Virus record (IMG/VR): IMGVR_UViG_3300031134_000466
Strand: one strand, 5' to 3'
Length of the DNA stretch: 64,000 bases
Source: a virus
Lineage: Duplodnaviria > Heunggongvirae > Uroviricota > Caudoviricetes
Part shown: positions 34,404 through 44,799 of the stretch, piece after piece
How positions within the stretch are numbered: position 1 is the stretch's first letter
How the letters are laid out: each line of letters starts with the position of its first letter
Notes under the pieces: generated by a model
Told to the model about the DNA's origin: nothing
Seen by the model: only the letters and a program-made list of their open reading frames with translations
Databases searched by the model: none
Position numbers and translations under genes: made by a program

Positions 34404-35891
34404 TTAGCCTACGAAGGTTACTCCAGTAGTGGTTCTGTCATACTGTGTCCATGTTGTTCCGTTGGATGGTCCATAGAAATGGGTAGTCAAACTACCTGTC
34501 TTTGTATCAAACTCCAGAGTTCGTACAGGGTTGGTGGTGTTTGAATGGAATGTTCCCAGGTAAGAAACAATCTTGTTGCCGTTCACTCCCACATCTTCAC
34601 GGTAACCAGCTTCACCGACATGGCCAGATAAGACAACTTTGATGTTTGGGTACTGCTTGACAAGGTTGTCATACACATACTGAGCTGAGTTACTTCCATA
34701 ACTGGCTGACTGGTCAATACTTCCATCACCGTTCAAATACGAATGAGTGGAAACAATAACATTGTAGTCAGGATGTGCAGCTACGACAGTTTTTGCCCAG
34801 TCAACGACCTCAGTGCGTGGCCAGAGTTCCAGAGTCAAAACCAACCACTTTTTGTCAGCAGCGTTGAAAGTCTGGTAAGCATTGTCAACTTTTCCAGTTT
34901 CGAAGGTTGTGATACCTGGGTAACGTGAAGGACTGAAGTAGCTATTGAAAGTGGTGGTGTTTCGCACTAAAGTGCGAGTGTTCTTAGGGTCAGCAGCAGA
35001 ACCGCCAACACCTACAGCAGCTGTATCATGGTTTCCGATGGTAAGAGAATTCTGGATTTTGTTGTCATCTAACACCTTCATGGCTTTGGATGCAACAGCG
35101 TACTGTTCGTGATTTGGAGTATCCCAATTGACGACATCACCAGTATGGTTCACATATCGCAAATCTAAAGCGTTTTTGTTATCAACAAGCCATTGTGTAC
35201 GGTTCACAAATCGAGTGTCTGTTCCAACTTCTTGTTGGGTGTCTGGAATCACAGCCATTGTGAACTTGCCGTCAGCATCAGCAGGATTTACTGGCGGAGT
35301 TGTTGGTGGTGTAACAACAGGGGAAGGTTTAGCTCCGTAGAATGAGATTCCTTCGGCTGCCCAGCCGGCTGTTGTCAGGGCAGTTCTTTCGGCTTCAGTT
35401 GTCGCATAACGATGCTTACCACTTTTTTGGAAACGGTAGACTGGTTGGCTGCCAGAAAGGTTTTTGGTTGAAGCGTAGAAATTGATTCCTTGCTCTGTGT
35501 AACCATATTTACTTTGGGCAACGGCAAGTTCATTAGAGGAAGAAGATTTTGCTATCCAGATGAAATCGCCGTTCTTGTGAAGACGGTAGACTGGCACTAA
35601 CCCTGTTTTTTGGTCGTGGTTAGCTTTGAAAACAATCCCTTTGGTTTCTGTGAAGCCATAGCTGTTTTTAGCACTGTCAATTTCTTTTGAGTTGACAGTG
35701 AGTAGATTAGCTTGGCTTTTAGGGTTGATTGACTGATAAACATCTGTCGTCATTGAAGACAGAATAGATGCATCAGAGGGAGCGGTCGCAGCTGAAGCGG
35801 ATGTAGCTGTAGCGAAAGGTAGAACAAGTGTAGCTAATAGTACGACGCCTAAAGTCCTAAATCGGACAGGTTGCGTTTGATTGTGGTTCAC
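34404..35891 (-). CDS. secreted metallophosphoesterase with N-terminal repeat (DUF5648-like) modules
   Basis: 495 aa. Signal peptide 'VLLATLVLPFATATSASA'. Repeats 'YRLHKNGDFIW..GINFYAS' and 'YRFQKSGKHRY..GISFYG'. 'HTGDVV', 'GNHDTA', 'LSGHVGE'. GTG start with an AAAGGGG RBS. Confidence 0.75.
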   Translation of the reverse strand: MNHNQTQPVRFRTLGVVLLATLVLPFATATSASAATAPSDASILSSMTTDVYQSINPKSQANLLTVNSKEIDSAKNSYGFTETKGIVFKANHDQKTGLVPVYRLHKNGDFIWIAKSSSSNELAVAQSKYGYTEQGINFYASTKNLSGSQPVYRFQKSGKHRYATTEAERTALTTAGWAAEGISFYGAKPSPVVTPPTTPPVNPADADGKFTMAVIPDTQQEVGTDTRFVNRTQWLVDNKNALDLRYVNHTGDVVNWDTPNHEQYAVASKAMKVLDDNKIQNSLTIGNHDTAAVGVGGSAADPKNTRTLVRNTTTFNSYFSPSRYPGITTFETGKVDNAYQTFNAADKKWLVLTLELWPRTEVVDWAKTVVAAHPDYNVIVSTHSYLNGDGSIDQSASYGSNSAQYVYDNLVKQYPNIKVVLSGHVGEAGYREDVGVNGNKIVSYLGTFHSNTTNPVRTLEFDTKTGSLTTHFYGPSNGTTWTQYDRTTTGVTFVG

Positions 35892-35979
35892 GTATTACCC
35901 CTTTATTATCCCCTGTTTAGGTTGCAAAGGTAATCGGCTTCTATCCCTCGTTTGGGGGTCAAGAACGTGAATTTATTAT

Positions 35980-36441
35980 TTAATACTCTGTACGCAGCTG
36001 ATACTCGCCCCAAGTCGTGAAAGGCTGAACAGAATTGTCCAGGATAATTCGTTCAGCAACATCACCAGATGCAAGCTTCTCATAAAATGCTGCATCGTCA
36101 AAACCAGCATTCGCCGCATCATAACGGTCAGCAGAAAACACAATACGGTCAACACGAGACCATAAAGCAGCACCTAAACACATAGGGCAAGGTTCACAGG
36201 ATGAATAAAGAACACATCCTTCCAGGTTGAACACTTTAGCCTTGGCACAAGCAGCCCTAATAGCATTCACTTCCGCATGAGCGGTAGGGTCAATCGTGGT
36301 GGTGACAGAGTTTCCCGCAGCAACCGTGCTGCCGTTAGGGAAAAGGATTACAGCCCCAAAAGGTCCACCATTGCCGCTTTCCACGTTCTTTACAGCTGTA
36401 TCAATAGCAAGCTTAAGATAGTCAGCGTCGTTCATATTCAA
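35980..36441 (-). CDS. CDA-fold nucleobase/nucleoside deaminase, GuaD (guanine deaminase)-like
   Basis: 153 aa. 'GGPFGAVI', 'DPTAHAEVNAIR', 'CEPCPMCLGA', 'GFDD'. Confidence 0.7.
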   Translation of the reverse strand: MNMNDADYLKLAIDTAVKNVESGNGGPFGAVILFPNGSTVAAGNSVTTTIDPTAHAEVNAIRAACAKAKVFNLEGCVLYSSCEPCPMCLGAALWSRVDRIVFSADRYDAANAGFDDAAFYEKLASGDVAERIILDNSVQPFTTWGEYQLRTEY

Positions 36442-36509
36442 AACTCCTCAATAGTGACAACTTCATTTTATGGCACTTTTCAGGTAAAAGCAAATCGCAG
36501 CAACAAACC

Positions 36510-36518
36510 TGTTAGAAT
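36510..36518 (+). promoter_or_regulatory. extended -10 (TGTTAGAAT), near-leaderless
   Basis: TAGAAT lies 8 nt upstream of ATG 36527. Confidence 0.55.
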
Positions 36519-36526
36519 GAATCATC

Positions 36527-37519
36527 ATGCTTACAGTCTCCTCTTCCCTGAAAAGCTATAAAGCGTCAGGGTTATTCTTTGGGAGTCTACTACTCATACT
36601 GGCAGCGTTTGCTCTACTCCCTAAGAAGAGCTTCACTGGGTTGCTGAATGATTTCTTCATGCTTAGCTTCAGTGTGATTGTTGAATCTGTGCCGTTCTTG
36701 ATCCTGGGTAGCGTCCTTGCTGCACTGGTGCAAATTTTTGTCTCGTTTACCTGGCTGACAAGAATACTCCCTAACAACCCTCACCTGAAACGCTTCTTCC
36801 TGTCATTGTTCGGTGTTTTCTTACCGGTATGCGAATGCGGGAACATTCCTATGGCTCGGGGACTGATGCTAAAAGGATTCACTGTGTCAGAAGCAATGGT
36901 CTTTTTGCTCGCTGCACCCATTGTTAACCCTGTCACCATAATCACAACCCATCAAGCTTTTGGATGGGATTCAGGCATCCTCATTTGCCGTATTTTAGGT
37001 GGACTTGCCATAGCGAACTTCATTGGCTGGCTCTTCTCCCGCCAACAAGATGCAACCCAGTTTCTCACCCCTTCATTCGAACATTCATGTCGAGTTGAAG
37101 CAGGCGTTGTAGAAAAGAAAAGCATTTTCAACATAGCAAACAAAACAGCCTCGGAGCTGATCCTTCTATTCCCAGCTTTGATCGTGGGTGCAGGCATTGC
37201 TGCGTTCATTCAAGTGATTGTACCGAGGAGTACATTGTTAGCCATTGGTGAAGACCCAGTACTCTCAGTTCTTGTTATGCTCCTACTGGGAATCATCGTA
37301 GCAATATGTTCAAACGTGGATTCATTCTTTGCTCTATCATTCGCTAGCACTTTCACGAATGGAAGCCTCATCACATTCCTTCTGGCAGGTCCCTTAGTCG
37401 ATGTGAAGATGATCGCATTGATGAAATCCACTTTCACATCCAGAGCTGTCCTATATATTGTACTACTGGTGGTATGTGCCAGCGTTAGCATTGGGTTAGG
37501 AGTCAATCTTGTCTCTTGA
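36527..37519 (+). CDS. DUF318/YcgR-type permease
   Basis: 330 aa, polytopic. Signature 'CECGNIPMARGL'. Confidence 0.7.
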   Translation: MLTVSSSLKSYKASGLFFGSLLLILAAFALLPKKSFTGLLNDFFMLSFSVIVESVPFLILGSVLAALVQIFVSFTWLTRILPNNPHLKRFFLSLFGVFLPVCECGNIPMARGLMLKGFTVSEAMVFLLAAPIVNPVTIITTHQAFGWDSGILICRILGGLAIANFIGWLFSRQQDATQFLTPSFEHSCRVEAGVVEKKSIFNIANKTASELILLFPALIVGAGIAAFIQVIVPRSTLLAIGEDPVLSVLVMLLLGIIVAICSNVDSFFALSFASTFTNGSLITFLLAGPLVDVKMIALMKSTFTSRAVLYIVLLVVCASVSIGLGVNLVS

Positions 37520-38231
37520 TAAGATAACTAAAACCCTACAATGGGTGACACTTGCAGTAACTATGAGCTTCATCCTCTGGCTCATATTCACAGGTAAGCT
37601 GTCATTGTTCATTCATCCTCGATATAACCTCTTCACCGCCATCATGGTTATTCTGGGAGCAGCTTTAGTGACAATAAGCTTTACTAAGAAGCAACCTTCA
37701 GGACATGAACATCAGCATGATGAGAAAAAGAACCCAAAACAGAAGCTGGTGATTGCTGCAATCGTTTTGGTAGCCACTTCCAGCATGTTCGTTGTCGCCC
37801 CAGGAGCTTTATCTTCCACCTTTGCTTCAGATAAAGTTGTCAACGGAGGGGTAGTGTCCACAAATCAAGACCTTGCTAATCCTGAAGGAGACTACCAAGA
37901 TTTTACTGTCAAAGACTGGGCTTTACTTGCCGAATCTGACATCAAGTATGAGTTCACAGGAAAAGAAGTCGATTTAGTAGGATTTGTTGTTCCCATTGAT
38001 GAAAACAATTTCTACTTGTCTCGATTTGTTGTGTACTGCTGTGCTGTTGACGCCCAACCAGTTGGTGTGCCAGTACATCAAGAGAATTGGCAGCAAGATT
38101 TCCAAGAAAATGATTGGGTTGAAGTGAAAGGGGAGTTCAGTGATACTACAAGTAACAGCGGTTATCAAGCTGAGCTCATCCCTGTTCGTGTTACTAAAAC
38201 TGTAGAACCAGAGGCTCCTTATGAGTACTGA
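37509..38231 (+). CDS. TIGR03943/DUF1980 (YcgQ-like) membrane protein
   Basis: 240 aa. Two N-terminal TM segments, His-rich loop 'SGHEHQHDE', C-terminal 'VVYCCAVDAQPVGV'. Overlaps the permease gene by 11 nt. Confidence 0.65.
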   Translation: MSLDKITKTLQWVTLAVTMSFILWLIFTGKLSLFIHPRYNLFTAIMVILGAALVTISFTKKQPSGHEHQHDEKKNPKQKLVIAAIVLVATSSMFVVAPGALSSTFASDKVVNGGVVSTNQDLANPEGDYQDFTVKDWALLAESDIKYEFTGKEVDLVGFVVPIDENNFYLSRFVVYCCAVDAQPVGVPVHQENWQQDFQENDWVEVKGEFSDTTSNSGYQAELIPVRVTKTVEPEAPYEY

Positions 38232-39276
38232 ACAAACCAAATCTCAGCATAGTCTAAACCGCAGTATAGTGGTGTCATTGTTACTCGTCCTGGCGTTAGT
38301 TGCTGCTTTGTTCGTCAAAGATGGCATCGCTCAGCAAACAAAAGTAAACAATGTTGACGGCTACTATTTAGCTGATTCCTCTTTCTACCATCAAAAAGGA
38401 ACCAACCCAGGTGAGGAAGTCTACTCTGGTCCAGAGTCAATTCTTTCTTTTTCATTGACTCATTCACATGCGTTACTCGTTACCTCTGCCCAGAAGATAC
38501 TACTTGTAGATTTAGCTTCAGGTAAATCTGAGGACATCACTACTCCTGGTTGTTCTGTACTTCAGACCAGCTCTGCATTCGACAGGTATTTTGTGTACCT
38601 AAACTCTTGCGATACAGACACAACAGCCCAACGTTTTGTTTCATATGACACTCAAACGAATAAGGAAACAACAACAGAAGTACAAGCATCCTCACAATGG
38701 CAAGTGAACCCTAAAACAGGAAACGTTGTATACCAGGCTGGTTTGACCAGTACTGTTTATTCAGGAAACATGGATAAGTCTGGCCAATGGCAACCGTTTG
38801 TGCAGTTAGGTCAGATGGGTTATCTCGGAGGTTTCTACAACAAAGGGAACACTTTGTTCTTATGGGGAACCGAAGCTGATGCTTCAACCCCAATCTCGTA
38901 TAACCTAAACGACTTGAATACTGTGAAGCTAGTTTTACCTGAAGCTGCAGATTCTAAAACACAGATAGCGTCAGGAACAACTGCTATTGATAGAACCAGT
39001 ATTTTGTGGGCTGTGACCGCTTATTCTCCAGAAGAAGATGCATATTACGAGTACGTCATCAAAGACACAAATCTTGGAGCTACTTTACTGGTTGACTTAT
39101 CTACTCTCGGGTATACGTTAGGTAACCGATTATCGTATGATGCAAAGAATGATGTAGTTGCAATTCCGGTGACACAGTACAACGGCGGGGATGTGTCTAC
39201 ACTGTTTGCTGATGCAGAAACAGGAAAAATTCTTTACCAGTTGCAGTTCACTACAGCGTTTCAATTTGCACCTTAA
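38221..39276 (+). CDS. membrane-anchored/secreted protein of unknown function
   Basis: 351 aa. N-terminal TM segment 'IVVSLLLVLALVAALFV'. Overlaps the upstream gene by 11 nt (third gene of the operon). Confidence 0.55.
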   Translation: MSTEQTKSQHSLNRSIVVSLLLVLALVAALFVKDGIAQQTKVNNVDGYYLADSSFYHQKGTNPGEEVYSGPESILSFSLTHSHALLVTSAQKILLVDLASGKSEDITTPGCSVLQTSSAFDRYFVYLNSCDTDTTAQRFVSYDTQTNKETTTEVQASSQWQVNPKTGNVVYQAGLTSTVYSGNMDKSGQWQPFVQLGQMGYLGGFYNKGNTLFLWGTEADASTPISYNLNDLNTVKLVLPEAADSKTQIASGTTAIDRTSILWAVTAYSPEEDAYYEYVIKDTNLGATLLVDLSTLGYTLGNRLSYDAKNDVVAIPVTQYNGGDVSTLFADAETGKILYQLQFTTAFQFAP

Positions 39277-39328
39277 ATTATGAAAGCCGACCCGACAGAA
39301 ATTCTTTGTCAGGTCGGCTTTCATAATT
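39276..39328. terminator. bidirectional hairpin
   Basis: 22-nt arms aattatgaaagccgacccgaca / tgtcaggtcggctttcataatt (1 mismatch). Confidence 0.8.
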
Positions 39329-40449
39329 CAGTCAGCAGTTTTTCCGTTCAAGTTCCAGAATGGCTTCTCAAACTCAGGCTGAATCATTTTCCAGATGATG
39401 TCAGAGATTTTCTTCTCAGACCTGGTATCAAAATGACCTCCGCTGTGACGAGAGAATAACAAACCAGTAATGCGTTTGTCTTCTTTCTGTACAGCTGCAG
39501 CGTAGTCCTTCTGAGTGTATCCTTCAGGAAGTTCAGAAAGAATACGGTTGTAAGTTTCCTCAACTGTTGCACGCAATTCAGCATGCTCTGCAAGTAGTCG
39601 GTCACGAGTTGTTTCGACATACTCAACGAACTCATCAGGGAGACCAACAATCCATGAAGTGAAGTCACCGTCAGCTACAAGCAGCTCCCAGATGCGACGC
39701 GAAGAAGCACCTGTGATGACACGGTGAAGCTGAACGTAGTCATCCTGTTTCACTTTCACTCGAACATCACTATCCAGGAAGTGAACAACAACGCCTTCTT
39801 TGTTCTCACGACCAGGAGCGGCCAAAGCTTCAGTAAGGCTGTTGTATTCAAACTGCTCAACCTTCAACCAAGTCCATTCATCAACCTGTGATGCTGGTAC
39901 AGAGCGACCTGTTGCTGTGTTCACTCGGGCAATCAAGATGAGGTCATCCAAATCACCGTAGTTAACAACGATACGGTTTGTAGGGTAGATGATTTCCCAG
40001 ATGTAAGTTTCACCAGCAAGTGGCTCCCATTTTCCGTCGTACAGCTCCTGGTAACGTGCTGTGGCATGCAGAGCCTGCTCAGAGCTGAATGAACCTCGTG
40101 TGGAGATGTTCAGTCGACCAGTTTCAGGGTTTACATATGAAACACCCATAGAACCATCTGCTTTGTCTGTGACAACGATAGGTCCAGTCAGTGCATCCTG
40201 AGGAACATCTGGTTCGCCGTGGTTAAAGAACTTACCAAGAGGGCGGGAGACAATCTCCTGGGTGGAACCGTCAACGATAAGTCCTCGTGAAGCTAATGTT
40301 GCAGCGTTCCAGGCTCGGTCAAACTGGCATACCTGTGAGTAGTCAAAGATAGCCAGGTCAAGCGTAGGGTGAACCTGACGATTGATGTGCTTGTTCTGGA
40401 ATTCAGCTGCCCAAAGTTCAGCAGGAGCGATATCGTAAATGTGTACCAT
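39328..40449 (-). CDS. ATP-dependent RNA ligase, paralog A
   Basis: 373 aa. Motif I 'TDKADGSM', 'WEIIYPTNRIVVNY', IV 'NKEGVVVH', V 'VRVKVK'. Confidence 0.75.
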   Translation of the reverse strand: MVHIYDIAPAELWAAEFQNKHINRQVHPTLDLAIFDYSQVCQFDRAWNAATLASRGLIVDGSTQEIVSRPLGKFFNHGEPDVPQDALTGPIVVTDKADGSMGVSYVNPETGRLNISTRGSFSSEQALHATARYQELYDGKWEPLAGETYIWEIIYPTNRIVVNYGDLDDLILIARVNTATGRSVPASQVDEWTWLKVEQFEYNSLTEALAAPGRENKEGVVVHFLDSDVRVKVKQDDYVQLHRVITGASSRRIWELLVADGDFTSWIVGLPDEFVEYVETTRDRLLAEHAELRATVEETYNRILSELPEGYTQKDYAAAVQKEDKRITGLLFSRHSGGHFDTRSEKKISDIIWKMIQPEFEKPFWNLNGKTAD

Positions 40450-40536
40450 GATGGTTCTTTCGTTAGATCAGTATTTCATCAACGATAGCAGAAGACAGGT
40501 CTCCAAGTCAACTAATATGCATCCGATTGTTTAGAG

Positions 40537-40809
40537 ATGGATGTTAGAAGAATGAGCGTTACTGATTTAGTAGCGATTGTCGTGGCTGCGGGCAAAAAAC
40601 CTCGACATGCTCAAAATGTTTTGCTTCGTCATGTTGTTACTGAACAGGTTGCTGTTACTTCCGATCATTACATTGAAGACAGTGAAGGCTCAGTATCAAC
40701 AATGCTATTGTTCTTTTTTGCTAAGTATAAGATTGATTACGATAAGCTCATCGATCATCCGGAGTTGAGTTTCGAAATCAAACAAAGGCTTTATCAACTT
40801 ACGGTATAA
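40537..40809 (+). CDS. hypothetical protein
   Basis: 90-aa ORF. The start is uncertain (ATG 40552 is an alternative). Confidence 0.45.
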   Translation: MDVRRMSVTDLVAIVVAAGKKPRHAQNVLLRHVVTEQVAVTSDHYIEDSEGSVSTMLLFFFAKYKIDYDKLIDHPELSFEIKQRLYQLTV

Positions 40810-40819
40810 AAGATTGGTT

Positions 40820-41173
40820 ATGACGTTTATGAATACTACAACACTATGGCGCCCAGTAGGACCAAAAGAACTGGAACTAATAGCTCAGACTGGATTTACC
40901 CATTTCCCACCCAGATTACCAGAACAACCCATTTTTTATCCTGTGCTGAATCAGGAATACGCAGTAAAGATTGCTAAAGAATGGAACGTAAAACATGATG
41001 GTGCTGGTTATGTGAGCGAATTCCAAGTAGAAACCAGCTTTTTGTCTAATTACCCTATCCAGCAAGCTGGAGGTAGAACCATTCTCGAATATTGGATACC
41101 TGCAGAGGATTTAGATGCTTTCAACGATTCGATAGTGGGTATTATTAAAATCGTCAACACTTTTCTTTCTTGA
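40820..41173 (+). CDS. conserved hypothetical protein
   Basis: 'LWRPVGPKELELI..FPPRLPEQPIFYPVLN' looks like a widespread bacterial family that I cannot name with confidence. Confidence 0.5.
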   Translation: MTFMNTTTLWRPVGPKELELIAQTGFTHFPPRLPEQPIFYPVLNQEYAVKIAKEWNVKHDGAGYVSEFQVETSFLSNYPIQQAGGRTILEYWIPAEDLDAFNDSIVGIIKIVNTFLS

Positions 41174-41175
41174 AA

Positions 41176-41215
41176 CCTTTATGTTGTAGTTTTTTACAGA
41201 TACTACAACATAAGG
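41176..41215 (+). terminator. hairpin terminator
   Basis: cctttatgttgtagt / actacaacataagg (1-nt bulge). Confidence 0.7.
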
Positions 41216-41293
41216 AACCGCCTAATTTGCTTGTCATTGAAATATAATGTAAGCTGGTGCTAACGTTCAAAATACGGAAAGATTACTGTTATT

Positions 41294-42706
41294 ATGCCAA
41301 TTGGTCAAAAAATTGTAGGAGTAGCTGTAGCAGCTACAGTTTCATTAAGTGCGGTAGCTTTTGTGGCTTCTCCAGCACTTGCTGATGAGGCAGCTCCTAC
41401 GACAACACAAGACGTTCCTACGGAAGTAGAAACTGGGACTGAGGGAGTTGCTCCAGCAGCTGACCCTGTTGAGGAAGAAGTACCTGCTCCTGAGGTTGCA
41501 GTACCAGAAGAGACTGAACCTGAAGTAGTTGTTCCATCTGAAGAAGCACCAGTAGAAGAAGTACCTACTGAAGAAGCACCTGTTGAAGAAGTTCCTGTCG
41601 AAGAGGTCCCTGCAGAGGAAAATGCTTTGGTAGCAACAACATTTGCTTTGACTTTTGGTGGTGACACATCAACTGTTCCTGAAAACCTGACACTTGAAGT
41701 TCACTATACTTCTTTGGTGAATGATGAAGTGCAGGATAATGTTGTTTACCTAACCCGCGATGTCCCTCCTACTGCCATTGACATCCCTGAAGGTTCTACA
41801 GTTCAGGTTTCAGTAACTGGTTTACCTGACATCGAAAACACAACACTAAACCCAGTTGTTCTGCTCAATGGGAATCCTTTGCCTGCTGATGGTGTTACAT
41901 TAGTGTCTGGTGAAGTGTATGATTTTTCTGTAGCTATTGATGCAGTAACAGAAAACCCTGCACCTTCAGACGCTCCTGCTATTCAGCAGGATGAAGCTCT
42001 TCCTGTTGATGTAGAAAACCTTATTTCTGTAAATGCTGCAGTTGCTTTCCCTGGTGACACTATAACTGTTTCTGCTTCAAGCGTTGCTACTCCTGAATCT
42101 TGGGTTTCAGTATGGCTTCATTCCACTCCTGTGCTTCTCGCTGGTTGGGTTCAGACTGACGTGAATGGAAACATTGATGTCACAATTCCAGCAGGTACCG
42201 AAACTGGTGAACACCGTATTGTTGTGTCTGACGCAGACAACAACATTGTAGGTTGGACAAGCATTCTTGTTGTCAACCAGGATGATGAAGTTATCGTTCC
42301 TGGAGAAGACCCTGAAACCCCTGTAGACCCTGAAACGCCTACAGACCCTACCCTTCCTGTGGACCCTACAACTCCTACTGACCCAGAAGTGCCAGTTACT
42401 CCTACAAACCCAGATGCAGGAGTAACTCCTGAGACTGAACCAGAAACAACTCCTCGTGACCCTTCTTCTGGCGGAGTATCCATCATTCCTGAGGAAGAGT
42501 TCAACACTGGAGGTTACGACAATGATGAGTTGGGTAACGTAACAGACCGTGGTGACCGCTCAGACATTAACACCAGAGCTTTGGCTTACACTGGTTCTGA
42601 CTCCAACTCCACGGTGTTCCTCACCTTCATGGGTGGTCTCATGTTGATTGGTGGTTTCGTCCTCCGCAGACTTCCTCGTCTGCGTGCTGCACGTCGCAAT
42701 AGCTGA
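41294..42706 (+). CDS. cell-wall-anchored surface protein with LAxTG sorting signal
   Basis: 470 aa. Signal peptide ending 'SPALA|DE', acidic Pro/Glu/Val repeats, Pro/Thr repeats, and C-terminal 'LAYTG' + TM segment + 'RRLPRLRAARR'. Confidence 0.85.
   Translation: MPIGQKIVGVAVAATVSLSAVAFVASPALADEAAPTTTQDVPTEVETGTEGVAPAADPVEEEVPAPEVAVPEETEPEVVVPSEEAPVEEVPTEEAPVEEVPVEEVPAEENALVATTFALTFGGDTSTVPENLTLEVHYTSLVNDEVQDNVVYLTRDVPPTAIDIPEGSTVQVSVTGLPDIENTTLNPVVLLNGNPLPADGVTLVSGEVYDFSVAIDAVTENPAPSDAPAIQQDEALPVDVENLISVNAAVAFPGDTITVSASSVATPESWVSVWLHSTPVLLAGWVQTDVNGNIDVTIPAGTETGEHRIVVSDADNNIVGWTSILVVNQDDEVIVPGEDPETPVDPETPTDPTLPVDPTTPTDPEVPVTPTNPDAGVTPETEPETTPRDPSSGGVSIIPEEEFNTGGYDNDELGNVTDRGDRSDINTRALAYTGSDSNSTVFLTFMGGLMLIGGFVLRRLPRLRAARRNS
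41468..41624 (+). repeat. low-complexity (E/P/V) repeat region in the surface protein
   Basis: 'EEVPAPEVAVPEETEPEVVVPSEEAPVEEVPTEEAPVEEVPVEEVPAEE'. Confidence 0.7.
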
Positions 42707-42720
42707 GAATAGCAAATAAG

Positions 42721-42751
42721 AAAAACCTGAGTCACCACGACTCAGGTTTTT
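42721..42751 (+). terminator. intrinsic terminator
   Basis: aaaaacctgagtc / gactcaggttttt, with an A-run and a T-run flanking. Confidence 0.85.
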
Positions 42752-42761
42752 CTTATTTAAT

Positions 42762-42790
42762 TTGTCTTATCCCCCAAAATGGTGTACTAT
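42762..42790 (+). promoter_or_regulatory. dnaK promoter: -35 TTGTCT / 17 nt / -10 TACTAT
   Basis: The spacing is canonical. An inverted repeat tGTACTatgAGTACa (42783-42797) overlaps the -10. Confidence 0.55.
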
Positions 42791-42792
42791 GA

Positions 42793-44685
<1,893 letters not shown>

Positions 44686-44697
44686 TTTCTGAGATAC

Positions 44698-44741
44698 TCT
44701 GAAAGGGACGCTACTGTGATAATGGTAGCGTCCCTTTCAGA
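44698..44741 (+). terminator. hairpin terminator after dnaK
   Basis: 17-bp arms tctgaaagggacgctac / gtagcgtccctttcaga. Confidence 0.8.
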
Positions 44742-44757
44742 TTGCATTTAAACGATA

Positions 44758-44799
44758 AAGTAGAAAGGCCCTGACTAAAGAGTCAGGGCCTTTCTACTT
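44758..44799 (-). terminator. hairpin terminator after 44798..45349
   Basis: 19-bp arms aagtagaaaggccctgact / agtcagggcctttctactt. Confidence 0.8.

Noticed and set aside
41305-42507. Antisense ORFs 41305..41667(-) and 42151..42507(-) in the LAxTG protein gene.
   Set aside because: They are by-products of the repetitive GAA/GTT/CCT-rich low-complexity coding sequence, giving Ser/Gly/Thr homopolymer-like translations.
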